Assembly (NCBI GenBank): GCA_033763905.1
Contig: JANRJP010000138.1
Span: 1-41,931, forward strand
Reading direction: 5' to 3'
Length of the DNA stretch: 41,931 nucleotides
Origin: Gemmatimonadaceae bacterium
GTDB taxonomy: Bacteria > Gemmatimonadota > Gemmatimonadetes > Gemmatimonadales > Gemmatimonadaceae
A program made the translations under genes and the position numbers. Each line of letters opens with the position of its first letter. The first letter of the stretch is position 1. This document shows, piece by piece, positions 9,327-18,144 of the stretch. The notes beneath the pieces were generated by a model. That model saw only the letters and a program-made list of their open reading frames with translations, ran no database searches and was not told the origin of the DNA.

Positions 9327-9381
9327 AAGAAAACTGCCCGATATTGCTCCTGTGTCCATCGTTGACTTTTCGAGAATTCCT

Positions 9382-11661
9382 ATGAAGGCCACGAAGTGCC
9401 TCTTTCTTGGGCTTTTTGGCGTGATACTGGCGTCGTGCGGTTCTAATGATGGCTCGCCGAAGCAGCCTCGGTATCGCCTCCGAACGCTCAATGCTGACTC
9501 CGTCGTGGCCCCCGCCGTCGGCGACCTCAACGGCGGGGTGTGGCAAGTCGCGGTCGCGACCGAAGCCGGAGAAGAAGGGCTCGCCGTGACCTTGGGCGCG
9601 CGGCTCACCACGACGAGCGCTGGCCTCACCCTCAGCGATACCCTCGCGCTCAGCGGCAACGCGGGGGTCGCCACCATTCGCGTCCGAGCGTCGGCACCGG
9701 GGGCGACCGGTACCTTGCGCGTCTTCGTGATCGGCCAAGCCGATTCCGAAATCAGCATCAACGTGCGCGCCGTCGATGCCTTGGCGGTCACCGCCGTCGA
9801 GCCGACCACGCTGTCGGCTGGCGACACGATCACCGTGCGCGGACGGCGCTTCGGCAGCGATGTGGGCGCGGTACAGGTGCGCATCGGGAGCCAGCAGGCC
9901 AATGTCGTGTCGCTCAGCGGCGACACGCTCATTCGGGCCACGATGCCGTCCTGCACGGCGGCCGCCGTGCTGCCGGTCAGCGTGCAGGTTCGCGCCGCGG
10001 CGATCGCGGCGGGCAGCGTGACCACGGTGGCCTCGGCGACACCGACGCGCTTGACGCCGTACCAGCGGTTGGTGGTCAGCGACACGGCGCTGGCCCGCGG
10101 CTGTCTCACCTTGCCCGCGGACGGGGCCCGCTACGTGCTGATGCCGCAGCTCGCCTCGGCGCTCGACGGCGGGACTGAGAATCCCGGTGACTCGACGGTG
10201 CTGTACCTGCTCTCGGCGCAAACCACCGGCGCGGTGCTTGCGCCGGCCGTTGCGGTGCCGTCGAGTCTCGAGCTGCCGGCGCCCGAGACCGACGAGCCCG
10301 TGTCGCTCGCCGACCGCTTCCATCGCGCGATCCGCGATCGCGAGCGGGTGCTCGCGACGACACAAACCCCTGCCGCGCCCTACGTCGAGCTCCCCCTGCT
10401 CGTAGCCCCGCCCGCCCTCAACAGCGAGCGCACGTTTCAGGTGTTGTCGAGCCTCGATCCGGGATCGTCGAACTTCCGGGATGTTCGCGCCCGTCTGGCG
10501 TACGCGGGCAATCACGTGCTGGTCTACGTCGATGCGGCGCCGCAGGTCGGTGTGGGCTTCACGGCAGCCGAGATCTCGGCGATGGGGCCGTTACTCGACG
10601 GCCCGATGCACGATCTCGCGACGCAGAACTTCGGCGGCGAAACGGACATCGACGGCAATGGGCGGGTGATCCTGCTGCTCACCGACGCGGTGAACCGGCT
10701 GACACCGCCACCGTGCGGGCAGGGATACATCGCGGGCTTCTTCAATCCGCTGGACTTCTTTCCCGGGCAGCGCGGGTCGAACAACGCGGAGATCTTCTAT
10801 GCTGCCGTGCCGGACCCCGCAGGCTCGGTCGGTTGCGCGCTGGCCAACAATCAGCTGGTCGGCACCACTCCCGCGACGTTCATTCACGAGTTCCAGCATA
10901 TGATTTCGTACGGGCAGCACGTGCTCGTGCGACGCGGGACGACCGAAGAGATCTGGGCGAACGAAGGGCTGAGCCACTTGGCCGAGGAAACCGCCGGCCT
11001 CTGGTACGAGACGCGGTATCGGGGGAGCAGCGGTCGCAGCAATCCGACGAACTTCTTCCCCGATTCCGCCGGGCCGTTTTCGGCGCCGCAATTGCAGAAT
11101 GCCTACCGCTGGCTGAACGGCTTGCAGGGGGCCACCGCCACGGTCACGGCGTACGGCGCCACGGGGTCGCTCGCGGAACGCGGGGCGAGCTGGCTGTTCT
11201 TCCGCTATCTCGTCGCACAGTACGGGCCGACGTTGCCGGCACGCCTCGTGGCCACGCGCCGCACCGGACGCGCCAATATCGTCGCGGAAACCGGAGTGCC
11301 GTTCCAGACGCTCTTTGCGGACTTCGCCGCGGCGATCATCGCCGATTCCATCGTGGGCGCGCCGGCCGCCAACGTGCCATCGCGGTTCCGCTTCGGTGAG
11401 TTGCGCAACCTGCGGCGCATTTTCGCGCGCTTCAACGTCAACAATCCGCAGGAGTTCCGCGACGTATTCCCCATCCGCGCCGACTCGGTGGTGGTCGGTG
11501 GCGCGCCGAGGCAGGGTCGCCTGCGCCCGGGGGCCATTCAGTACACCTTCCTGAATACACCGGCGTCAGGCCCGGGGGTGACGATTCGACTGACGCGCGA
11601 GAATGGCGCCGCGTTCGTCAGTCGCTCACATCCACAGTTGGTGGTGCTGCGCCTGCCCTGA
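9382..11661 (+). CDS. IPT/TIG-domain lipoprotein with gluzincin zinc-metallopeptidase domain (M30/hyicolysin-like)
   Basis: Signal peptide with lipobox MKATKCLFLGLFGVILASC; IPT/TIG-like VTAVEPTTLSAGDTITVRGRRFG; DIDGNGRVILL, GYIAGFF; HEFQH and downstream WANEGLS zinc ligands. Confidence 0.75.
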   Translation: MKATKCLFLGLFGVILASCGSNDGSPKQPRYRLRTLNADSVVAPAVGDLNGGVWQVAVATEAGEEGLAVTLGARLTTTSAGLTLSDTLALSGNAGVATIRVRASAPGATGTLRVFVIGQADSEISINVRAVDALAVTAVEPTTLSAGDTITVRGRRFGSDVGAVQVRIGSQQANVVSLSGDTLIRATMPSCTAAAVLPVSVQVRAAAIAAGSVTTVASATPTRLTPYQRLVVSDTALARGCLTLPADGARYVLMPQLASALDGGTENPGDSTVLYLLSAQTTGAVLAPAVAVPSSLELPAPETDEPVSLADRFHRAIRDRERVLATTQTPAAPYVELPLLVAPPALNSERTFQVLSSLDPGSSNFRDVRARLAYAGNHVLVYVDAAPQVGVGFTAAEISAMGPLLDGPMHDLATQNFGGETDIDGNGRVILLLTDAVNRLTPPPCGQGYIAGFFNPLDFFPGQRGSNNAEIFYAAVPDPAGSVGCALANNQLVGTTPATFIHEFQHMISYGQHVLVRRGTTEEIWANEGLSHLAEETAGLWYETRYRGSSGRSNPTNFFPDSAGPFSAPQLQNAYRWLNGLQGATATVTAYGATGSLAERGASWLFFRYLVAQYGPTLPARLVATRRTGRANIVAETGVPFQTLFADFAAAIIADSIVGAPAANVPSRFRFGELRNLRRIFARFNVNNPQEFRDVFPIRADSVVVGGAPRQGRLRPGAIQYTFLNTPASGPGVTIRLTRENGAAFVSRSHPQLVVLRLP

Positions 11662-11666
11662 CGCAG

Positions 11667-12320
11667 CTACAGCTGCACCACGCCCGATTCCATCGCGAAC
11701 TTGGTCAAGCCGGCCACCGTCCGGATGCCGAGCTTGTCCATCAGGTTCTCGCGATGGCTTTCCACCGTTCGGCGGCCGATGCCGAGCTCAGCGGCGATCT
11801 CCTTGTTCGTCAGACCGCGGGCGATGCCGCTCAGGACTTCACGCTCGCGCTGCGATAGCGCGTCCGCCGTCGGCGTGTCGCGGCTCGCGGCGGATCGTTC
11901 CGCCAGCGCGCGCGCGACCGGTGGCGAAAAAAACGTTCCGCCAAGCACCGCCGCACGGACCGCCGAGCGCAGGTCGGTGCCGGCGTCGTCCTTGAGCAGA
12001 TAGCCGCTCGCGCCAGCGCGCACCGCTTGCCGCGCGTACTCGGGGTCATCGTGCATCGACAGAATGATGACCTTCGCGCCGGGCGCCGCCGTCCGGATGC
12101 GGCCAAGACCGGCGACGCCGCTCGCGTCGGGGAGCGACAGATCGAGCACCACCACATCGGGCGCCGCGCTGGGCAGCGCGGCCTCGGCTTCCGCGATCGA
12201 GCCCGCCTCGGCGACCACGTCGAGATCGGTCTCGAGGGCGAGCACCGAGCGGATGCCGGCACGCACGAGGTGATGATCGTCAACGAGCATCACGCGGATC
12301 TTCTGGCTACGGGCTGTCAT
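11667..12320 (-). CDS. NarL/FixJ-family response regulator (REC + LuxR HTH)
   Basis: LVDDHHLVRAG, VVVLDLSLPD, ILSMHD, GASGYLLK, LSQREREVL..GLTNKEIA..TVESHR. Confidence 0.95.
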   Translation of the reverse strand: MTARSQKIRVMLVDDHHLVRAGIRSVLALETDLDVVAEAGSIAEAEAALPSAAPDVVVLDLSLPDASGVAGLGRIRTAAPGAKVIILSMHDDPEYARQAVRAGASGYLLKDDAGTDLRSAVRAAVLGGTFFSPPVARALAERSAASRDTPTADALSQREREVLSGIARGLTNKEIAAELGIGRRTVESHRENLMDKLGIRTVAGLTKFAMESGVVQL

Positions 12321-12330
12321 CGGCGTGAAA

Positions 12331-14007
12331 TCAGGTCGGGTCGTTGGGCGGTGGCAAGCGGACGATTACGGAGGCGCCCCCTCCCGGATGGTCGCCAATC
12401 TCGACCGATCCGCCAAGGGCCGCGAGGCGCTCGCGCATCCCGGCCAATCCGACGTGGCTGGTCCCGTCCGCCGTGGGCTCGGCGGCACCAGTGAGGCCCC
12501 GCCCGTTATCGCGAATGGTCAGCGTGATGCCGGTGGCATCCTGCGTGAGCGTGACCCACACCTGCGTAGCCTGGGCGTGGCGGGACACATTCGTGAGCGC
12601 CTCCTGCAATGCGCGGAACAGCGCGAGTTCGCCGTCCGGGGCAATGCGACCAACGGCCGCAGCGTCGGGCAACGCAGTGACCACGGTGACCCCACTCCGA
12701 TCGGCGAAGTCGCCGCAGAGCGATTCGAGCGCCGGCACGAGGCCCAGATCGTCGAGGAGCGTTGGGCGCAGGTCGCGCGCCACCCCACGAATGCCGCGGA
12801 TGCCGCTCGACAGCAGGGCCAGCGCGTCTTCGAGCCGAACCGCATCCTCGCGCGGCAGGCGATCGCGCAGCACGGCGAGTTCCATCTTGACCGCGGCGAG
12901 CACCTGCGCCGTTTCATCGTGCAACTCTCGCGCGAAGCGTCGGCGCTCCTCTTCGTGTTGTCGCACCACGAGGCCCTGCAGCCGTTGCAGGTCCCGCGTC
13001 CGCGCGCGCAGGCCGCCGGCGAGCACCGAGGCATCGAGCGCAGCGCCGATCTGTTCGCCGAGCGTCACGAGGAAGCCGCGGTCGAGTGCCGCAAACGGGT
13101 TGCGCGCATCGCCGACAATTAGCAGCGCGCCGGCGGCCCCCGCACCCTGCGGGACACGCAACGTGGCGCTGAACGGAAACGGTACCGCCGCGGGGAAGTC
13201 GCCCGTCCAGCCATCGCAGGCGCCGGCGCCCTGTTCGTACGACAGCCCACCGTCCGGGCGGCGGCCATAGAACGCCGCGCCGCGCACCGAGGGGAGCCGC
13301 AGGAGTTCGCCCAGTAGCGTGTCGAGGACCAATCGACGCGGCCGCCACGCACTGCTGGCCAGTTCGCGCGAGACGGTCGCGAGCGCACCGACGCCGCGTC
13401 GGAGATCCTCCGCGACGAGCAACAGCATCCCCGCACCGACCGCCAAGGCAAGCAGAATGTCGAGGTAGTAGCCCCAGGGAATCCACGCGCCGCGCGCGCG
13501 GAGCAGGGGATAGTCGAGGTGGTGGAACGCCCAGAGCGCGTACGCCGCAGCCAGGAGTCGGGCGCCGGTCGACGCGGTCTGCTCGGCGTGCTTGAAGAAG
13601 ACCCAGCCCGTGTGCAGTGTCGCGCCGGCCAAGAAGAACGCCGCGGGAATGGCCGCCAACGACACGTTGTCGAGTTGCCCCATTGCGACCCACGCCCAGA
13701 GCAGCGGAATCAGCGCGATCGCGACATACCAGGACCGCCACTCGGCCTTCTCCGAGAACACGAGCGCGGTGCCCAGCAACGCGAGGGCGCTCCACCCGGT
13801 CAGCACCTGATGCCAGAACAACAGAATGGGGGCACCGGTCACGACGAAAGTCATGATCGCGAGCAGTCGCAGCAGATAGATCGACCACGCGGCGGTCCAC
13901 CACGCGAAGACCGGCTTCCGGTAGGTGCGAGCGAGCAGCGCGCTCGTCAGCGCGAGGCCGAAGACCACGGCGGCTTGCAGGACCGCAGGGTGCAGTTCCG
14001 GTCGCAC
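12331..14007 (-). CDS. Membrane sensor histidine kinase (about 7 TM N-terminus, HisKA_3 + HATPase_c)
   Basis: Hydrophobic N-terminal ~200 aa; H-box EERRRFARELHDE; LRPTLLDDLGL; FRALQEALTNVSRHA; IRDNGRG; GLAGMRER. Confidence 0.92.
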   Translation of the reverse strand: MRPELHPAVLQAAVVFGLALTSALLARTYRKPVFAWWTAAWSIYLLRLLAIMTFVVTGAPILLFWHQVLTGWSALALLGTALVFSEKAEWRSWYVAIALIPLLWAWVAMGQLDNVSLAAIPAAFFLAGATLHTGWVFFKHAEQTASTGARLLAAAYALWAFHHLDYPLLRARGAWIPWGYYLDILLALAVGAGMLLLVAEDLRRGVGALATVSRELASSAWRPRRLVLDTLLGELLRLPSVRGAAFYGRRPDGGLSYEQGAGACDGWTGDFPAAVPFPFSATLRVPQGAGAAGALLIVGDARNPFAALDRGFLVTLGEQIGAALDASVLAGGLRARTRDLQRLQGLVVRQHEEERRRFARELHDETAQVLAAVKMELAVLRDRLPREDAVRLEDALALLSSGIRGIRGVARDLRPTLLDDLGLVPALESLCGDFADRSGVTVVTALPDAAAVGRIAPDGELALFRALQEALTNVSRHAQATQVWVTLTQDATGITLTIRDNGRGLTGAAEPTADGTSHVGLAGMRERLAALGGSVEIGDHPGGGASVIVRLPPPNDPT

Positions 14008-14009
14008 CG

Positions 14010-16094
14010 CTAGAAGCGTCCGCCGAGGAGGGCGCGCAGATCCACCGGCGCGCGAGGGGGCGAGTCATCGACCGCCGGTCGGTCATCATCCCCGAGCGCG
14101 GCGCGCTGCATCAGCGCCCGCACGTCGCGGTCGAGGAATCGGCTGACTTGATCGAGCGAGTAGTCCGCGCCGCGGCGCGATACGTAGGCGTTGAGCGGGT
14201 AGGTGACGTACAGGTGCTTGCGCGCCCGCGTGAGCGCCACGTAGGCCAGGCGCCGCTCCTCCTCGGCACCCTCCTCGGTCGCCAGCGATCGCGCGAGCGG
14301 CAGGTAGCCATCGACCGCCCACGGCACGAAGACGACGTCCCATTCCCGTCCCTTGGCCGAGTGGATCGTCGAGATCACCAGCGCGTCGTCGGCCCCTTCC
14401 GCGCCCGAGGCGAGATCCTGCGTGGCCTGCGGCGGCTCGAGCGCAAGCGCCGTGAGAAACGCGGTGCGGTCGGGATAGCCGGCGGCGATGGTCTGCAACT
14501 GGTCGAGGTCCGACAGTCGCGCCTCGGGCCGGTCGTAGCGTTCGCGCAGCAGTTCGTCGTAGAGCGTACGAATCCGCGCGATCTCGAGTCCGACTGCGCC
14601 AGACACGCCATTCTCCACCGGCACGTTCTCGCGCAACGAATCGAGCAGGGCCGCCAAGGCCCGATGCGCCGCCTGCGCGCGCGGCGGCGGCGAAAAGCTC
14701 CGAAAGGCCGCGGGGGCCCACGCGCCGGCCGCCATCGCATCGACGGCGCTCCGCGCGGTGGCTTCACCAATGCCCGGCATCAGCAGCAGGATCCGATACC
14801 AGCTCACTTCGTCGCGGGGATTCTCCAGAATGCGCAGGAAGGCCAGCACGTCTTTCACGTGCGCGGCTTCGAGGAACTTGAGGCCGCCCCACTTGTCGAA
14901 GGGAATGCCGCGGCGCTGCAGTTCGATCTCCAGATCGGCGCTCATATAGCCGGCGCGGACCAGCACGCCCATTTCGGCGAGCGGAATGCCTTCTTCGTAC
15001 AGCTCGAGAATGCGGTCGGCGATGAAGCGCGTCTGCTGCGGCTCATCGCGACACGCGACCAGCCAAGGCCGTTCCCCGCCGCTCCGGTCGGTCCAGAGGG
15101 CCTTGCGGTATCCCTCGGTGGCCTTGGCCATCACCGCGTTCGAGACCTCGAGGATCGGCGGCACCGAGCGGTAGTTCTGCTCGAGCGCGATCAGCGTGGT
15201 GCCGCTGAAGTCCCGCGGGAAGTCGAGGATGTTCCGCACGGTCGCGCCGCGGAACGAATAAATGCTCTGCGCATCGTCGCCGACCACCGTGAGGTTGCGG
15301 TGCCCAGCGCACATGCCGCGCAGAATGCGCGCTTGCAATGCATTGGTGTCCTGATACTCGTCCACGAGCACGTGGTCGTAGAGCGCCGCAATGCGCGTCG
15401 CGAGCTCGCCGCCGCGCTCGAGCAGCATCGCCCACGACAGCAGCAGGTCGTCGTAGTCCAGCAGGTTGCGGTCGGCCTTGCGTCGCGTGTAGTCGCGCAA
15501 CACCGCTCGGATCGCGGGCTCGTGCTCGACGAAGGCCGAGAGTTCGTCGGCCAGCAGGGTCTCGAGTGGGATCTCGGTGTTGACGTGGCGCGAGTAGAGC
15601 CAGTGCAGCGTTTCCTTCTTGGGGAAGCGCTTGTCGTTCGGCTTGCCGGGGCCCGCCTGCGCCCTGGCCAACTGCATCAGGTCCTCGGCGTCCGCCTGAT
15701 CCAGAATGGTGAAGTCGGACGGCAGGCCGGCCGAGGGCCCGAAACGGCGCAGCAACCGGTTGGCGGTGCCGTGGAAGGTGCCCCCGTGCACCCGCGCGCT
15801 CGCCGCGCCCACCAGCCGTTCGGCTCGCGCGAGCATCTCCTGCGCGGCGCGCCGAGTGAACGTCAGCAGCAGAATGCGCTCGGGCGCGACGCCGCCGTCG
15901 ATCAGGTGCGCGACGCGATGGACCAGCGTACGCGTCTTGCCCGTCCCCGCACCGGCCACGATGAGCAGCGGGCCGCCGGGGTGGGCGACGGCGGACTGCT
16001 GCGGCACGTTGAGGCTGGCGAATTCCCGGTCGAGGTCGCGCGTGGCGACGAGCTCGCGGGGCTTCGGCGTGTACACGCGGGGGAGGTCGGACAC
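14010..16094 (-). CDS. UvrD/Rep/PcrA-family SF1 ATP-dependent DNA helicase
   Basis: AGAGTGKT, LTFTRRAA, GTFH, VDEYQDTN, VGDDAQSIYSFRGA, LEQNYRS, STIHSAKG, EERRLAYVALTRA. Confidence 0.95.
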   Translation of the reverse strand: MSDLPRVYTPKPRELVATRDLDREFASLNVPQQSAVAHPGGPLLIVAGAGTGKTRTLVHRVAHLIDGGVAPERILLLTFTRRAAQEMLARAERLVGAASARVHGGTFHGTANRLLRRFGPSAGLPSDFTILDQADAEDLMQLARAQAGPGKPNDKRFPKKETLHWLYSRHVNTEIPLETLLADELSAFVEHEPAIRAVLRDYTRRKADRNLLDYDDLLLSWAMLLERGGELATRIAALYDHVLVDEYQDTNALQARILRGMCAGHRNLTVVGDDAQSIYSFRGATVRNILDFPRDFSGTTLIALEQNYRSVPPILEVSNAVMAKATEGYRKALWTDRSGGERPWLVACRDEPQQTRFIADRILELYEEGIPLAEMGVLVRAGYMSADLEIELQRRGIPFDKWGGLKFLEAAHVKDVLAFLRILENPRDEVSWYRILLLMPGIGEATARSAVDAMAAGAWAPAAFRSFSPPPRAQAAHRALAALLDSLRENVPVENGVSGAVGLEIARIRTLYDELLRERYDRPEARLSDLDQLQTIAAGYPDRTAFLTALALEPPQATQDLASGAEGADDALVISTIHSAKGREWDVVFVPWAVDGYLPLARSLATEEGAEEERRLAYVALTRARKHLYVTYPLNAYVSRRGADYSLDQVSRFLDRDVRALMQRAALGDDDRPAVDDSPPRAPVDLRALLGGRF

Positions 16095-16100
16095 CCTCTC

Positions 16101-16106
16101 AAACTA
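16101..16106 (-). promoter_or_regulatory. Putative -10 element (TAGTTT) 6 nt upstream of helicase GTG (leaderless)
   Basis: TAGTTT-gagagg-GTG, the same spacing as at lpdA, the lipM-like gene and gcvP. Confidence 0.45.
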
Positions 16107-16215
16107 CTGCGTGGGTGCCGATTCCGAAGCGATACGGAGCGGGACTCCGCACGACTCCGAGTGTCATCGCGGGTACGGGCGACCGATACTTCGGAATGCC
16201 AAGCCCATCCCGCCA

Positions 16216-17352
16216 ATGAGTTACGAAAGCCGCCACGCCCGCCCCGTTGACCGTCCGCTACGCGGCGGGACGGGGATTGTGATGCTCAACATGGGCGGGC
16301 CCGAGACGCTCGGCGACGTTGAGCCCTTTCTGCGCAACCTGTTCGCGGATCGTGAACTGCTGCGCCTGCCGTTTCAGGATGCGCTGGGGGCCTTCATCGC
16401 GGCCCGCCGGACCCCAAAGGTGCGGGCACTGTACGAGGCAATCGGGGGCGGATCGCCGATTCGGTCGTGGACCGAGGCGCAGGGTCGGGGGCTTTGCGAG
16501 CGACTCGACGCCTGGTCTCCACACACGGCACCACACCGATTCTACGTCGCCTTCCGCTATGTCGAACCGTCGGCGGACACGGCGTTGCGGCAGATGGCGG
16601 CCGACGGGATCGAGCGTGCGATCGCCTTCTCGCAGTATCCGCAGTACTCCTGCACCACCACGGGCTCAAGTCTTAACGACTTGTGGCGCGCGCTCGATCG
16701 AACCGCACTGCGCGACCACTTTCGCTGGAGCGTCATCGACCGCTGGCCAACGCACCCGGGATTCATCACGGCGATGGCGGAGCAGGTCCGGATCGGGCTC
16801 GCGCAGTACGCACCGGCGGACCGGGACAATGTCCTGCTGCTCTTCAGCGCCCACTCGTTACCCTTGTCGGTGATCGACCGAGGGGACGCGTATCCCCAAG
16901 AGGTAGGCGCGTCAGTGGAGCGGGTGCTGGAACAGCTGGCGCGGCCGAATCCGTCGATGCTGTGCTACCAATCCGAAGTCGGGCCTGTCCGATGGCTGGG
17001 GCCCAGCACTGAGAAAACGATCGAACGGCTCGCCGCCGACCGGCGGCACAATGTGCTGGTCATCCCGATCGCATTCACGAGCGATCACATCGAGACCTTG
17101 TCAGAGGTGGACCGCGAATACGCGGAGCTCGCCCACTCGCTCGGCTTGCGCGGCTTCCGCCGCGCGCCGGCGATGAACGCCCATCCGCTGTTCCTCGACG
17201 CGCTGGCCGATCTGGTGCTTGATCACCTCAAGACCGGTGCCGCGCACTCCACGCGGTATCGCGAACGCTGTCCGGGATGCACGAACGTCGCCTGTCGTGA
17301 CCTCCCCAATCCCGTCGCGTCGGAGATTCGGGAGGCGCAAGCGGTCGCGTGA
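16216..17352 (+). CDS. hemH: Ferrochelatase, animal/fungal-like [2Fe-2S] type (378 aa)
   Basis: GIVMLNMGGP, IGGGSPI, FRY, YPQYSCTTTGSS, LFSAHSLP, GDAYP, QSEVGP..WLGP, PIAFTSDHIETL.E, and C-terminal CPGCTNVAC. Confidence 0.95.
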   Translation: MSYESRHARPVDRPLRGGTGIVMLNMGGPETLGDVEPFLRNLFADRELLRLPFQDALGAFIAARRTPKVRALYEAIGGGSPIRSWTEAQGRGLCERLDAWSPHTAPHRFYVAFRYVEPSADTALRQMAADGIERAIAFSQYPQYSCTTTGSSLNDLWRALDRTALRDHFRWSVIDRWPTHPGFITAMAEQVRIGLAQYAPADRDNVLLLFSAHSLPLSVIDRGDAYPQEVGASVERVLEQLARPNPSMLCYQSEVGPVRWLGPSTEKTIERLAADRRHNVLVIPIAFTSDHIETLSEVDREYAELAHSLGLRGFRRAPAMNAHPLFLDALADLVLDHLKTGAAHSTRYRERCPGCTNVACRDLPNPVASEIREAQAVA

Positions 17353-17406
17353 GGGGCAGGCGTCCCCCGCCGTGCGCCCGCCGCGAGTCAGCGCGCTGCG
17401 CCTGCC

Positions 17407-18144
17407 TCAGGCCTCTGCCGGCGGATTGACGCGCGCCGAAGCAACCAGCGCCTCCAATGCCGAGGGGTGCAGCGCACGCGGCGCGAGCGCGAAGGTGGAC
17501 GCCAGTGACGTCGCCGCAGCATCTCGCACGCGCTGTGGATCGTCTCCGAGGTCCGCCCCTTCGCGCGCCAAGGAAGTCATCTCGACGTCCGCAATACCGC
17601 AGGGCACCATCACATCGAACAAGCTGAGGTCGGTTGTGACGTTGAGGGCGAAGCCGTGCCACGTGACCCAGTCCCGCGCGTGCACCCCAATGCTCGCGAG
17701 CTTCCGGTTGCCGACCCAGGTGCCGGTGAGCCCCTCGCGGCGCTCACTCGTCACGCCGAGGGCGGCGCTGGCGCGGATCAGCGCCGCTTCGACCTGTCGC
17801 AGGTACCAGTGCAGGTCCTGCTTATGCCGTTTGAGGTCCACGATCGGGTACCCCACGAGCTGTCCCGGAGCGTGCAGCGTGACATCGCCGCCGCGCTCGA
17901 CCTCACGCAGTGCAATGCCCCGTGCCGCGAGCGCGTCCGGCGAGGCCAGCAGATGCTGCGCCTTGCTCGATCGGCCGAGGGTCACGACCGGGGGGTGCTC
18001 GCAGAGCAGCAGCAGATCCTGCGGGATCGTCCCGGCGATCCGGGCCTTCGCGGCGGCCCGCTGAAGACCAAGGGCCTCGTCGTACTCGACGAGGCCCAGG
18101 TCGCACACCCACAGCGCCGGCGAGGTCGCCGTCTCGCCGGTCAC
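17407..18144 (-). CDS. lipB: Lipoyl(octanoyl) transferase LipB
   Basis: LLLCEHPPVVTLGR, ERGGDVTLHAPGQLVGYPI, KLASIG, WHGFALNV, VPCG. The GTG start overlaps the lpdA TGA. Confidence 0.93.
   Translation of the reverse strand: MTGETATSPALWVCDLGLVEYDEALGLQRAAAKARIAGTIPQDLLLLCEHPPVVTLGRSSKAQHLLASPDALAARGIALREVERGGDVTLHAPGQLVGYPIVDLKRHKQDLHWYLRQVEAALIRASAALGVTSERREGLTGTWVGNRKLASIGVHARDWVTWHGFALNVTTDLSLFDVMVPCGIADVEMTSLAREGADLGDDPQRVRDAAATSLASTFALAPRALHPSALEALVASARVNPPAEA

Noticed and set aside
9289..10515. Apparent 409-aa N-terminal extension of DnaE (1573-aa ORF)
   Set aside because: It lies antisense to the metallopeptidase gene. The canonical MSFVHLH start and a promoter sit at 9288-9326. It is neither a fusion nor an intein.
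11667..16094. Helicase operon as an anti-phage defence system
   Set aside because: There is no nuclease, OLD/TOPRIM or ATPase partner. It looks like a housekeeping UvrD paralogue in a core-genome context.
15706..16215. N-terminal extension of ferrochelatase that might be a targeting peptide
   Set aside because: It overlaps the helicase on the opposite strand. Homology starts shortly after ATG 16216.
17353..17406. GGCAGGCG/CGCCTGCC inverted repeat between hemH and lipB
   Set aside because: An 8-bp stem with a ~36-nt loop and no U-tract is too weak to call a terminator.
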